DNA of 64,000 nucleotides from an uncultured Dehalococcoidia bacterium (GTDB lineage Bacteria; Chloroflexota; Dehalococcoidia; Tepidiformales; Tepidiformaceae): NCBI GenBank assembly GCA_938015525.1, contig CALLPC010000025.1, positions 28,340 to 92,339 of the forward strand, read 5' to 3'. Shown piece by piece: positions 25,046 to 34,153 of this stretch (position 1 is its first letter; each line of letters starts with the position of its first letter). The notes under the pieces were generated by a model. It saw only the letters and a program-made list of their open reading frames with translations, ran no database searches and was not told where the DNA came from. The position numbers and the translations under genes were made by a program.

Positions 25046-25771
25046 ATGAATCGGACGCTCCCCTTCGCCGCCATCCTCCTCCTCGCCGCCAGCCTGGCCG
25101 CCTGTGCCGGCGGCGAAACCACCATCATTACGGGGGAGCAGCCAATGGAACTCGGCATCACCGTTACCGGCACCGGCGAAGCCGCCGCAGTGCCCGATAC
25201 CGCCACGTTCGATGTCGGCGTCGAGGTCACCGCTCCCTCGGTCGCCCAGGCCCGGAAGGAAGCCGCTGCCGCCGCCAGCGCCCTCATCGCCAGCGTCAAA
25301 AAGAACGGCGTCGCCGACCGCGATATTCAGACCCGCCAGGTCAGCGTCGGCCCCCTCTACGACTACTCCCCGCCCGGCCAGCCGCGCATCATCGGCTACA
25401 CCGTCGCCAACACCGTCACGGTCCGGGTTCGCAACCTCGATACCCTCGGCACGGTCATCGATGGCGCCCTTGCAGCCGCCGGCGACGCGGCCCGCTTCAA
25501 TGGCCTCCAGTTCGGCATCAGCGACCGCGAAGCCCTCCTCGAGACCGCACGGAAGAACGCCATCGCCGACGCCCGCCGGCGCGCCGAGACCTACGCTGCC
25601 GCCGCCGGCACCCGCCTCGGGGCCGTCCTCGCAATCAGCGAGACCGCCGTCAGCGGCCCCGTGCCGCTTGCCGCACCGCGAGTCGCCGCTACCGGCGACA
25701 CCACCCCAATCGAACCCGGCGAATCCACCGTCAGCGTCACCGTCACCGTCCGCTTCGCCCTCGAACGCTAG
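25046..25771 (+). CDS. SIMPL-domain (DUF541) lipoprotein
   Basis: Lipobox LAAC. ITVTGTGEA...PDTATFDVGV...ARKNAIADARRRAETYA matches the SIMPL family pattern. Confidence 0.85.
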   Translation: MNRTLPFAAILLLAASLAACAGGETTIITGEQPMELGITVTGTGEAAAVPDTATFDVGVEVTAPSVAQARKEAAAAASALIASVKKNGVADRDIQTRQVSVGPLYDYSPPGQPRIIGYTVANTVTVRVRNLDTLGTVIDGALAAAGDAARFNGLQFGISDREALLETARKNAIADARRRAETYAAAAGTRLGAVLAISETAVSGPVPLAAPRVAATGDTTPIEPGESTVSVTVTVRFALER

Positions 25772-25834
25772 CCCGCGCGCGCCCCCGGGAAAGAACCGGT
25801 CAGGCTGCCCTTTCGGCCCGGCTCCTTCTCGCCC

Positions 25835-25840
25835 TACCCT
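25835..25840 (+). promoter_or_regulatory. -10-like hexamer TACCCT, 6 nt upstream of ATG 25847 (leaderless-type)
   Basis: TACCCT-gtcgtc-ATG read from the sequence. Confidence 0.35.
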
Positions 25841-25846
25841 GTCGTC

Positions 25847-26680
25847 ATGAAGACCGCGGCAGCACTCGCCGGCGCCACGTTGCTCGCTATCCTCGCGCTC
25901 GCAGGCACGGCCGGCATGGTCCTGCGCTCCGCCTCGGATACCGCGCCGTCGCCGGCCCACCCCGCCGCCTCCACGCCCCTGTCCCGGCCCACCCCCAGCC
26001 CGCTTGCCGCGGCCGGCGACGTCTGCCAGGGCGTCGCCCGGATGCCCGACCCCGGCCAGCCCCGCCGCTTCTCCCCCGAGTACACACAAATCACCCACGC
26101 CGCTGGCATCGCCATCGTCGCCACCGACCGCGTCTCCCCCCGGGCCATCGCCGAGGCGAAGAAAACCGTCGAGCGGTTCTTCGCCAGCAACGACCTCGAA
26201 AACATCCTCGCCGCCGACGGCGCCTACGTCATCGTCGCCGCCAGCGGCCAGGGCGTCCTCGACCTCCCCGAGTTCCGCTGCCTCGATGACCGGGACTCCC
26301 GCGACTTCTTCGACCACGTCTGCGGCGTCGCCGACTCCGCCGACTACCCCGTCGTCACCGTCAACGAAGATGACCTCCTCGGCCGGCGCTCAGGCCCCTG
26401 CGGCGGCCTCAACATCCTCTATCACGAGCTCGGCCACCTCGTCATGGGCTGGGCCCTCCCCCCGGCCGACTACTTCGACGTCCGCCAGCTCTACGCCGAC
26501 GCCATGGCTGCCGGCAAGTACCGCGGCGATTACGCCGCGACCAACGCCAGCGAATATTTCGCCGAGGGCACCCAGGCCTACTTCCTCCACGCCGACCAAA
26601 AAGGCCGCCGCGACCGCACCTGGCTCCGCTCCTACGACCCCGACCTCTACGCCCTCCTCGCCCGGGTCTACGGCGAATGA
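25847..26680 (+). CDS. secreted or membrane-anchored zinc metallopeptidase, anthrax-lethal-factor-like (ATLF-type gluzincin)
   Basis: N-terminal hydrophobic signal/anchor. YHELGHLV (HExxH) is followed ~45 aa later by TNASEYFAEGTQAYF, which closely resembles the lethal-factor TNEAEFFAEAF third-ligand region (recalled from memory). Confidence 0.65.
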   Translation: MKTAAALAGATLLAILALAGTAGMVLRSASDTAPSPAHPAASTPLSRPTPSPLAAAGDVCQGVARMPDPGQPRRFSPEYTQITHAAGIAIVATDRVSPRAIAEAKKTVERFFASNDLENILAADGAYVIVAASGQGVLDLPEFRCLDDRDSRDFFDHVCGVADSADYPVVTVNEDDLLGRRSGPCGGLNILYHELGHLVMGWALPPADYFDVRQLYADAMAAGKYRGDYAATNASEYFAEGTQAYFLHADQKGRRDRTWLRSYDPDLYALLARVYGE

Positions 26681-26690
26681 CCCCGGGCCC

Positions 26691-27233
26691 CTAGGCCCTC
26701 CCTTCCTTCCGCAGCACCGCATACCGGAGCGCTGCCTTCCCGAGGTACGCATCGAGCTCCGGATACCGCGTTCGCAGGGCCACCATGAACTCGTTCAGCG
26801 GCAGCCGCCTCCGCTCCCATCCCGACGGCGGTTCGCCAGCCTCCTTCGCCACGACCAGGTAGAGCGGCCGCACCGTCAGCGTCCCCTGCGGGTACTCCCG
26901 ATTGTGCCGCGTCGCCTTGCACTCGAAAAACCCGATGAGCTCGACCAGCCCCGGCGCGACCCCCATCCGCGCCCGCACCTCCGTTTCCACGAACGCCTGC
27001 GCGTGCCGCTCGCCGGTCGGGCCCTCCACCATCCCCCACGCCGGCTCGCCCGGCCGCCGAACGACGTACCCGCGCTCCCCCGCCACCACCATCGCGTAGG
27101 CGTAGTTCACCGGCGCATTCGCCGGCAGCACCTGCTCGTCCACCCACCGCGCCCGCCACTGGTCCTGCAGGTTCAGCTCCACGACCCCCGGCCAGCGGGG
27201 TTCATACGCGGCCAGCGCCGAAAGGTCTACCAT
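26691..27233 (-). CDS. hypothetical protein (possible degenerate Nudix-like fold)
   Basis: 180 aa from the ATG at 27233, overlapping the upstream stop by 7 nt. EGPTGERHAQAFVETEVRARMG only loosely resembles a Nudix box, so the function is not supported. Confidence 0.5.
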   Translation of the reverse strand: MVDLSALAAYEPRWPGVVELNLQDQWRARWVDEQVLPANAPVNYAYAMVVAGERGYVVRRPGEPAWGMVEGPTGERHAQAFVETEVRARMGVAPGLVELIGFFECKATRHNREYPQGTLTVRPLYLVVAKEAGEPPSGWERRRLPLNEFMVALRTRYPELDAYLGKAALRYAVLRKEGRA

Positions 27234-28288
27234 CGCTGCGGACTCCCCTCCGTTCTGCGTCGATAGAGCGGCTTTGCGGCGACCAGCAGCTGCGCACCGC
27301 CCGCCCGCAGCGCGGCGCCCGGGTACGCCGCCGCCGTCTCCATGATCGCCAGCCCCGCCGTGGCCTTCAATCCCGGCGCCCGCAGGCACGACCGCACCTC
27401 GCCAACCGGGCGGCCCTCCCCGTCGACCACCGGCGTCCCGGGCGCCACCGGCTCGCCCTCCAGAAGGAACGCCGCCAGGATGCGCCCCTCCCGCCCGCCC
27501 GGGATGCCCAGCAGCACATCGAGGTCCGCCTCCGCCGGCGAAAGCCCCGCCTCCAGGTCCGGCGACCACGCCGGGATGCACGCCTCTACCCGGGCGGCCT
27601 CGAGCGCCTCCCACCCCGCGACCGCCACGCCGGCCGCCCGCAGCGTCCCCAGCAGATGGCTCCCTACGGCCGGCGCCAGCACCAGCTCGAACCCGTCCTC
27701 GCCCGTGCTGCTCCCGCGCACCGCCAGTGCCCGGAACCCGTGGAATTCGAACGCCGCGCACTGCAGCGCCCCCAGCCGCCCCGGCAGGGCCTCCGCCACG
27801 TGCTGCGCCATCGCCGCCGCCGCACCCGGCCCTGCCAGCCCGACCCCGCAGGTCGTCACCGTCCGGTCCTCGATGCGCACCTCGTATCCCTCACCGACCG
27901 CTGCCTCCAGCGCGGCCGCCAGCACGCCCCGCCGCTCCGGCTCGCCGCTCAGCAGAAAAGCAGCGCTGCCCGTCCGCGCCGCCAGCACGAGGTCCGCGAT
28001 AGTCCCCTCCCGGTCCAGCAGCGCGAACCGCCCCGCGCGCCCCTCCTCCAGCTCCCCGGCGCGGCCGACGAGCGCCGCAGCCACCACCTCCCCCGCGTCC
28101 GGCCCGGTCACCATCACCCGGCTCCTCCAGCTCAGGTCGAACGCGGCCGCCGCCTCCCGCAGTGCAGCGTACTCCGCCCCCGGGTCCCCGTAGTGCAGCG
28201 GCACCTCCCAGCCGCGGCGCACCCCGAACGCCGCCCCAAACGCCGCGTGCGTCTCGCGCAGCGCCAGCCGCATCACCAGCTCGCTCAT
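27227..28288 (-). CDS. aminomethyltransferase-family (GcvT/YgfZ-like) folate-binding protein
   Basis: AAFDLSWRSRVMVTGPDA and the overall GcvT-like layout. Its ATG overlaps the upstream stop (ATGA at 28285-28288). Confidence 0.7.
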   Translation of the reverse strand: MSELVMRLALRETHAAFGAAFGVRRGWEVPLHYGDPGAEYAALREAAAAFDLSWRSRVMVTGPDAGEVVAAALVGRAGELEEGRAGRFALLDREGTIADLVLAARTGSAAFLLSGEPERRGVLAAALEAAVGEGYEVRIEDRTVTTCGVGLAGPGAAAAMAQHVAEALPGRLGALQCAAFEFHGFRALAVRGSSTGEDGFELVLAPAVGSHLLGTLRAAGVAVAGWEALEAARVEACIPAWSPDLEAGLSPAEADLDVLLGIPGGREGRILAAFLLEGEPVAPGTPVVDGEGRPVGEVRSCLRAPGLKATAGLAIMETAAAYPGAALRAGGAQLLVAAKPLYRRRTEGSPQRW

Positions 28289-29148
28289 GCCGGCACGAAC
28301 GTCCTTCGCCCGTCTCGCTCCGTCAGCCGCCCCGTGCCCGGGAACGGATTGTGGACGCAGATGAGCAGCGCGTTCTCCCGCAGCGCCCGCTCTGCCAGCC
28401 GCTTCTTCGACTCCAGCGACATCAGCGGCAGGATATCGAACGCTGCAATCCACGCCGGCCGTTCCACCTGCACCGCGTGGTGCACCAGGTCCCCGGTGTA
28501 GATCGCCGTTTCTCCCGCCGAGCTCAGCACGACCGACGCATGGTCCGCCGTGTGGCCCGGCGTCGGCCAGAACGTCACCCCGGGGATGAGCTCCGTCTCC
28601 CCCTCCACCAGCTCCAGCTGCCCCGTCTCCCGCAGCGGCGCGAAATTCTCCTCGAAGTACGTCCCCCGCGTCCGCTCGTTCGGGTGCATCGCCGCCGCGA
28701 ACTCCCCCGCCTGGATGATGTACCGCGCCCGCGGGAACGTCGGCACCAGCCGGCCGTCCTCCGCCCGGCGCGTATTCCAGCCGCAGTGGTCCGCGTGCAG
28801 ATGCGTATTCGCGACCACCGTAATGTCCTCCGGCCCCAGCCCGAGTTGCGCCAGCCCCTGCAGCAGCCGCCCGTACTCCCCCGGGAATCCCCGCTCCCGC
28901 GGCGTTCCCTGCACCTTGTCCCCCATCCCCGTGTCCACCAGGAGAAGCTCCTCCCCGCTTCGCACCACGATGCAGTTCAGCGAAAGCTTCATCCGGTGCT
29001 CCGCATCGATGTTCTCCCGGCCGATGACCGGCTCCCACATCACCCGCGGCACGATGCCCATCACCGCGCCCGCATCCAGCTTGATGTAGCCGTCACAAAT
29101 CACCGCGATGTCCAGGTTCCCTACCCTGTAGCGCACCGGCTCGTCCAT
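28285..29148 (-). CDS. MBL-fold metallo-hydrolase
   Basis: NTHLHADHCGWN (HxHxDH) plus downstream TPGHTADH and HH motifs. The ORF was trimmed to the ATG at 29148. Confidence 0.85.
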   Translation of the reverse strand: MDEPVRYRVGNLDIAVICDGYIKLDAGAVMGIVPRVMWEPVIGRENIDAEHRMKLSLNCIVVRSGEELLLVDTGMGDKVQGTPRERGFPGEYGRLLQGLAQLGLGPEDITVVANTHLHADHCGWNTRRAEDGRLVPTFPRARYIIQAGEFAAAMHPNERTRGTYFEENFAPLRETGQLELVEGETELIPGVTFWPTPGHTADHASVVLSSAGETAIYTGDLVHHAVQVERPAWIAAFDILPLMSLESKKRLAERALRENALLICVHNPFPGTGRLTERDGRRTFVPA

Positions 29149-29155
29149 GCCTCGA

Positions 29156-29161
29156 ACGATA
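29156..29161 (-). promoter_or_regulatory. -10-like hexamer TATCGT, 7 nt upstream of the MBL-hydrolase ATG (leaderless-type)
   Basis: The reverse complement of acgata (29156-29161) is TATCGT. It is followed by tcgaggc and then ATG (29148-29146). Confidence 0.35.
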
Positions 29162-29269
29162 CCGGCACCCCGCCCCCGCTCGCCACCGCCCGCTGCCGCC
29201 ACGTCCCCCTCGTATCTGCAAGTCGCTGCAGGTAAACTGCACGGCGGAACGCCCACTGCGGGAGAACCT

Positions 29270-29950
29270 ATGTCCCCCATCTTCCTCCTCCACGCCGCCG
29301 ACGGGTTTTTCTCCGTCCCCGTCAGCACGGTCTTCTGGGCCATCACCGTCGCCGCCCTCGCCATCTCCCTCAAGCGCGCCGGCGAAAGCCTCGATGAACG
29401 CGCCATTCCCCTCATGGGAGTCATGGCGGCCTTCGTCTTCGCCGGTCAGATGTTCAACTTCCAGATCCCCGGCGGGACATCCGGTCACCTCCTCGGCGGC
29501 GTCCTCACCGCCGTCCTCCTCGGCCCCTACGTCGCCACCATCGTCATGGCCTGCGTCATCGCCGTCCAGGCCATCGTCTTCCAGGACGGCGGCCTCGTCG
29601 TCCTCGGCGCCAACATCTTCAACATGGGCATCATCGGCACCATGGGCGGCTACGCCGTCTACCGCGCCCTCGCAAGTGTCCTCGGCGGCGAAACGAAAGG
29701 CCGTCTCCCCGCCGCTGCCGTCGCGGCCTGGCTATCGGTCGTCGCCGCCGCCGTCCTCGTCTCCTTCCAGCTCGCCCTCTCAGATACCACCTCCCTCGGC
29801 GTCGCCCTCGTCGCCATGGTCGGCTGGCACGTCCTCATCGGCATCGGCGAAGCCATCATCACGGTGGGCGCCCTCGCCTTCATCCAGGCCTCCCGTGCCG
29901 ACCTCCTCACCCTCCGCGAAGCCGCACTTGGAGCCGCACATGTCGACTGA
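29270..29950 (+). CDS. cbiM: ECF-type cobalt/nickel transporter substrate-capture subunit CbiM/NikM
   Basis: MSPIFLLHAADGFFS N-terminus, GVMAAFVFAGQMFNFQIPGGTSGHLLGG and multi-pass TM topology. SD GGGAGA upstream. Confidence 0.85.
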   Translation: MSPIFLLHAADGFFSVPVSTVFWAITVAALAISLKRAGESLDERAIPLMGVMAAFVFAGQMFNFQIPGGTSGHLLGGVLTAVLLGPYVATIVMACVIAVQAIVFQDGGLVVLGANIFNMGIIGTMGGYAVYRALASVLGGETKGRLPAAAVAAWLSVVAAAVLVSFQLALSDTTSLGVALVAMVGWHVLIGIGEAIITVGALAFIQASRADLLTLREAALGAAHVD

Positions 29951-30266
29951 ACAGCACCCTCGCACCTTCCTCGAACGCTACCGCTGGGCCCTCGCCGGTC
30001 TCCTCATCGCCGCCCTCGTCGTCATCTTCCTCGCGCCAGCCGCATCCTCCGACCCGGACGGCCTCGACCGCGTCTCCGAAGACAAGGGCTTCGTCGAAAA
30101 AGCCAAAGAGCCCGCCTACGAATGGCTCCCCGACTACACCATCCCCGGCGTCGATAACGAATGGGCCAGCGTCGTCCTCGCAGGCCTCATCGGCGTCGGC
30201 ATCGTCTTTGGCGTCACCCTGGCCCTCGGCGCCGCCGTCCGCGCCTCCCGGAGGGCCCGCACCTGA
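29940..30266 (+). CDS. PDGLE-domain small membrane protein (CbiN-equivalent accessory subunit)
   Basis: SSDPDGLDRVSED contains the PDGL(E/D) motif, flanked by two TM helices. It overlaps the cbiM end by 11 nt. Confidence 0.75.
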   Translation: MSTEQHPRTFLERYRWALAGLLIAALVVIFLAPAASSDPDGLDRVSEDKGFVEKAKEPAYEWLPDYTIPGVDNEWASVVLAGLIGVGIVFGVTLALGAAVRASRRART

Positions 30267-31057
30267 ACCTCGACCGCTACCTCCCCCGCGAGAGCCCCCT
30301 CCACCGGGCCGACGCGCGCCTCAAATTCCTGCTCTCCATCGCCTTCATCTTCTCGGTCTCCCTCCTCCCCGAGGGGGCCTTCCTCGCCCTCGCGGCCGCG
30401 TGGCTCACCCTCGCCGCCGTCTCCCTCCTCGCGCGCATCGGCCCCCTCCCCATGCTTCGCGGTGCCTTCATCGCCCTCCCCTTCGCCCTCGCCGCCATCC
30501 CCCTCATCTTCACCCGCCCCGGCCGGCCCATCGGCGACCTCGACCTCGGCCTCTTCACCCTTACCCTCAGCGGCGAAGGCCTCATCGCCTTCGCCACCAT
30601 CCTCCTCAAGAGCTGGGTCTCGGTGCAGGCCGCCGCGCTCCTCGTCTTCACCACCCCCTTCCACGACCTCCTCGAGGGCCTCCAGCGGCTCCGCCTCCCC
30701 CGCCTCATGGTCGCCATCGTCTCCCTCATGTACCGTTACCTCGCAGTGCTCACCGGCGAGGCCTCCCGCATGATGCGCGCCCGTGCTTCCCGCGCCGCTC
30801 TGCCACCCGGCCGAAAACCGCCGCACTGGACCTGGCAGGGCCGCGTCGTCGGCAACATGGTCGGTGCCCTCTTCATCCGCGCCTACGAACGCTCCGAGCG
30901 CGTCTACCTCGCCATGCAGTCCCGCGGCTACGCCGGCCACCTCCGCCACCTCCACGACCGCCCCTTCCCCCGGCCCCAGCTCGCCCTCCTTCTCCTCGCC
31001 GTTGCCGGGCTTGCCGCCTTCGAACTCAGCGCCCACACCTGGGTGCCCCGCCCATGA
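30161..31057 (+). CDS. cbiQ: ECF transporter transmembrane (T) component CbiQ (start uncertain)
   Basis: The CbiQ-like body begins at LNLDRYLPRESPLHRADARLKFLL. The first ~34 codons from the ATG at 30161 are Arg-rich and overlap the PDGLE gene, so they are probably not translated. A CTG at 30263 overlaps the PDGLE stop (CTGA). Confidence 0.75.
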   Translation: MGQRRPRRPHRRRHRLWRHPGPRRRRPRLPEGPHLNLDRYLPRESPLHRADARLKFLLSIAFIFSVSLLPEGAFLALAAAWLTLAAVSLLARIGPLPMLRGAFIALPFALAAIPLIFTRPGRPIGDLDLGLFTLTLSGEGLIAFATILLKSWVSVQAAALLVFTTPFHDLLEGLQRLRLPRLMVAIVSLMYRYLAVLTGEASRMMRARASRAALPPGRKPPHWTWQGRVVGNMVGALFIRAYERSERVYLAMQSRGYAGHLRHLHDRPFPRPQLALLLLAVAGLAAFELSAHTWVPRP

Positions 31058-31806
31058 CCCTCGAAGCCCCCGTCCGCCCGTCCACACCCCCAGCGGCACC
31101 GCTCGTCCTCGTCGAGCGCCTCGTCTTCCGCTACCCCAACGGGCACCAGGCCCTCCACGGCATCGACCTCCGCATCGAACCGGGCGAAAAGCTCGCCCTC
31201 ATCGGCCCCAACGGTGCCGGCAAGAGCACCCTCATGCTCCACCTCAACGGCATCCACCTCCCCACCCAGGGCTCCGTCACCATCGCCGGGCTTCCCGTCA
31301 CCCGCGAAAACCTCGGCCGCATTCGCGCCCTCGTCGGCCTCGTCTTCCAGGACCCCGACGACCAGCTCTTCAGCCCCACCGTCTACGACGATGTCGCCTT
31401 CGGCCCCATCCACATGGGCCTCACCAAAGACGACGTCGATACACGCGTCGCCCGCGCCCTCGCTGCCGTCGGCCTCGCCGGCTTCGAACGACGCCAGCCC
31501 TTCCACCTCTCCCTCGGCCAGCGCAAGCGCGCCGCCCTCGCCACCGTCCTCTCCATGTCCCCAGAGCTCCTCGTGCTCGACGAGCCCTCCGCCGGCCTCG
31601 ACCCCCGCGGCCGGCGCGAACTCATCAACCTCCTCCGCTCCCTCGACCAGACCCTCCTCGTCTCCACCCACGATATGCGCCTCGTCGCCGAAATCTTCCC
31701 CCGCACCGTCATCCTCGATGAGGGCCGCATCGTCGCCGATGGCCCCACCCCCGACCTCCTCGCCGATGCCGCCCTCCTCGAAGCCCACGGCCTCGAAATG
31801 CCCTGA
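31054..31806 (+). CDS. cbiO: ECF/cobalt ABC transporter ATP-binding protein CbiO
   Basis: Walker A GPNGAGKST, signature LSLGQRKR and Walker B LLVLDEPSAGLD. Its ATG overlaps the cbiQ stop (ATGA). Confidence 0.9.
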   Translation: MTLEAPVRPSTPPAAPLVLVERLVFRYPNGHQALHGIDLRIEPGEKLALIGPNGAGKSTLMLHLNGIHLPTQGSVTIAGLPVTRENLGRIRALVGLVFQDPDDQLFSPTVYDDVAFGPIHMGLTKDDVDTRVARALAAVGLAGFERRQPFHLSLGQRKRAALATVLSMSPELLVLDEPSAGLDPRGRRELINLLRSLDQTLLVSTHDMRLVAEIFPRTVILDEGRIVADGPTPDLLADAALLEAHGLEMP

Positions 31807-31841
31807 ACCCCTCCCGGTGACGGGATTTCCCCTCCCGCTCG

Positions 31842-31847
31842 TATACT
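31842..31847 (+). promoter_or_regulatory. -10-like hexamer TATACT, 8 nt upstream of GTG 31856 (leaderless-type)
   Basis: TATACT-gaattgga-GTG read from the sequence. It is an AT-rich island. Confidence 0.4.
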
Positions 31848-31855
31848 GAATTGGA

Positions 31856-32692
31856 GTGAACACCGCCGACTTCGACGCGTTCCAGGCCGCCGTCGCCGGT
31901 CACCCCGATGAGGTCGACCTCTTCTCCGCCGCCATGGTCATCGCCCGCCTCGGCGGCCGCCCCGTCGACCCGCACGCAGCCGCGCGCACGCTCGACCTCA
32001 TCGCCGAAGACGTCCTCGCCGATGCTGGCGACCGCCCGTCCCACGACGCGCTCGCCCACGCCATCGACCGCCAGCTCTTCGCCATCCGCGGCTTCCGCGG
32101 CAGCTTCGAAAACTACGACGACCCTGAAAACTCCTACCTCGACCGCGTCCTCGAGCGCCGGACCGGTATCCCCATCACCCTCTCCCTCGTCTACCTCGAA
32201 GTCGCACAGCGCGTTGGCCTCCCCGCGGACGGCATCGGCTTCCCCGGCCATTTCATCGTCCGCTACGGCCAGCCTCCCGCCTTCGTCTACCTCGACCCGT
32301 TCCAGCAGGGCGCCCGCCTCGATGAAGACGAGCTCCTCGCCATGCTCCGTGGCCTCGACCTCGGCGGCGCCCGCCCCGAAACCTTCCTCGCCCCCGTCAC
32401 CCGCCGCCAGGTCCTCCAGCGCATGCTGAACAACCTCCACATCATCTTCCGCAACCGCCGCGATATCCAGCGCTGGCACGACACCATCGAGCTCCAGCTC
32501 CGCCTCGCCCCCTGGAACGTCGCCCTCATCGGCGAACGCGGCATGCTCCGCTATCGCCTCGGCCGCCTCGAAGAGGCCCTGCCCGACCTCGAAACCTACG
32601 TCTCAGCGACCGAGAAGAACGCCAGCCCTGGCGCCATCCGCCTGCTCGACCAGCTCAAAATCCGCTACCGCAACATGGGGGAAACGCGATGA
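31856..32692 (+). CDS. SirB1-like protein (transglutaminase-like N-domain + TPR-like C-domain)
   Basis: RTGIPITLSLVYLEVAQRVGLPADGIGFPGHFIVRY is the SirB1/UPF0162 signature. Confidence 0.75.
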   Translation: MNTADFDAFQAAVAGHPDEVDLFSAAMVIARLGGRPVDPHAAARTLDLIAEDVLADAGDRPSHDALAHAIDRQLFAIRGFRGSFENYDDPENSYLDRVLERRTGIPITLSLVYLEVAQRVGLPADGIGFPGHFIVRYGQPPAFVYLDPFQQGARLDEDELLAMLRGLDLGGARPETFLAPVTRRQVLQRMLNNLHIIFRNRRDIQRWHDTIELQLRLAPWNVALIGERGMLRYRLGRLEEALPDLETYVSATEKNASPGAIRLLDQLKIRYRNMGETR

Positions 32693-33465
32693 CCGCCGAA
32701 ACACCAGCCCGCCACGCTCAGCCCCGCGGCCGCCAGGCCCTCCAGCGCTCCATCGCCTGGTACTTGCGCCAGCTCTCCCGCGTCCTCAACGTCCTCACCG
32801 ATGAAGAGCTCGAGCGGCTCATCCCCCACCTCACCGAGCGCCGCTTCAAACCACGCCAGGTCATCTTCGCCGCCGGCGACCCCGCCGAGCGCGTCTACCT
32901 CATCCTCAAAGGCCGCGTCAAAATCTTCCAAGTCGCCGACAACGGCAAGGAGATCATCCTCGACGTCGTCGGCAAAGGCGACGTCGTCGGCGACATGGCC
33001 ATCGTCGAAGACGGCGAACGCACCGCCACCGCACAGGCCATCGAAGAAACGATGGCCGTCTCCATCACCTGGGAAGACTTCTCCCACCTCCTCCAGCAAT
33101 CCCCCCGCCTCGGGTTCGCCATGATGGAACTCATGGCCCGCCGCCTCGCCGGTATGCAGCGCACCTTCATGAACATCGTCTCCAAGCCGGTCTCCGCCCG
33201 CCTCGCCGATACCCTCCTTGCCCGCAGCGAAGACGGCATCATCCGCCTCGGCCTCACCCATCAAGAGCTCGCCCAGACCATCGGCACCAGCCGCGAAACC
33301 GTCACCGCCCTCCTCTCCCGCTTCGTTACCCTCGGGGCCATCTCGCCCATCCCCGATGGCTACCGCATCGAAGACGAAGACCTCCTCGATGACATCGCCG
33401 CCGGCGAAATCCCCGTCTCCCCGCGCCATCCCGTGAACGCGCCGGCCAGTACCATGGCAGGGTGA
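32689..33465 (+). CDS. Crp/Fnr-family transcriptional regulator
   Basis: cNMP-binding beta-barrel (VIFAAGDPAERVYLILKGRVKI...GDVVGDMA) and C-terminal HTH (LTHQELAQTIGTSRETVTALLSRF). ATGA coupling to the upstream gene. Confidence 0.85.
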   Translation: MTAETPARHAQPRGRQALQRSIAWYLRQLSRVLNVLTDEELERLIPHLTERRFKPRQVIFAAGDPAERVYLILKGRVKIFQVADNGKEIILDVVGKGDVVGDMAIVEDGERTATAQAIEETMAVSITWEDFSHLLQQSPRLGFAMMELMARRLAGMQRTFMNIVSKPVSARLADTLLARSEDGIIRLGLTHQELAQTIGTSRETVTALLSRFVTLGAISPIPDGYRIEDEDLLDDIAAGEIPVSPRHPVNAPASTMAG

Positions 33466-34151
33466 CCCCCGCGGCAATCAGCCCGCTCTCCCCGGAGCAC
33501 CCTCGCCCGCTCCTCATCGCCCACGGCGGCGGCAACTCCGCCGCCGCCGCCACCGCCGCCCTCGAATCCGGCGCCGACCTCCTCGAAGTCGACCTCTGGC
33601 TCCACCGCGGCCGCTTCGAAGCCCGCCACGAGCGCCGCATCCGCTTCTTCCCCCTCCTCTTCGAAACCTGGTACCTCAAACGCATCCCGCCCAGCCACTT
33701 CAGCCTCGACCACCTCCTCGCCCTCGCTGCCGGCCGCGGCGCCGGCGTCCTCCTCGACCTCAAAGATGGCGGAACCGCCGCCGCCGCCGCCCTCCGCGAG
33801 ACCCTCCACGCCCGCAGCCACCCTCCCCTCCTCGCCTCCTCCCAGTCCTGGCATATCCTCCGCGCCCTCCACCGCACCATCCCTGCCCTCGCGCTCCTCT
33901 ACTCCATCGACGTCCGCGCCAAGCTCGACCTCTTCCTCTCCATCGCCGACCGCGACCCCATCCCCCGCGGCATCTCCTGCCGCCACACCCTCCTCACCCG
34001 CCCCATCGTCCAGGACCTCCGCCGCCGCGGCTTCGCCGTCATCGCCTGGACCGTTGACGACCTCGACCGCGCCCAGCAGCTCGCCGACTGGGGCGTCGAC
34101 GGCATCACCACCCACCGCGTCGCCGAACTCCGCGAAGCCCTCCGCCACTGA
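33462..34151 (+). CDS. glycerophosphodiester phosphodiesterase-family protein
   Basis: LIAHGGG...GADLLEVDLWLHRG...AWTVDD is a GDPD-like pattern. GTGA overlap with the crp-like stop. Confidence 0.65.
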   Translation: MTPAAISPLSPEHPRPLLIAHGGGNSAAAATAALESGADLLEVDLWLHRGRFEARHERRIRFFPLLFETWYLKRIPPSHFSLDHLLALAAGRGAGVLLDLKDGGTAAAAALRETLHARSHPPLLASSQSWHILRALHRTIPALALLYSIDVRAKLDLFLSIADRDPIPRGISCRHTLLTRPIVQDLRRRGFAVIAWTVDDLDRAQQLADWGVDGITTHRVAELREALRH

Positions 34152-34153
34152 CC

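Noticed and set aside
26691-27233. A Nudix hydrolase call for the 180-aa protein.
   Set aside because: The candidate Nudix box (GERHAQAFVETEVRARMG) lacks the conserved REx2EE residues. The protein is kept as hypothetical, with only a low-confidence note on the fold.
29149-29269. Possible cobalamin or NiCo riboswitch upstream of cbiM. The region contains GCCCACTG, close to the B12-box core GCCACTG, and a CTGCA...TGCAG hairpin.
   Set aside because: The region is only about 120 nt and is shared with a divergent promoter. It lacks the other conserved cobalamin-riboswitch elements that I can recall (GGGAA / GGTGAAA-type junction). The evidence is insufficient without an Infernal scan.
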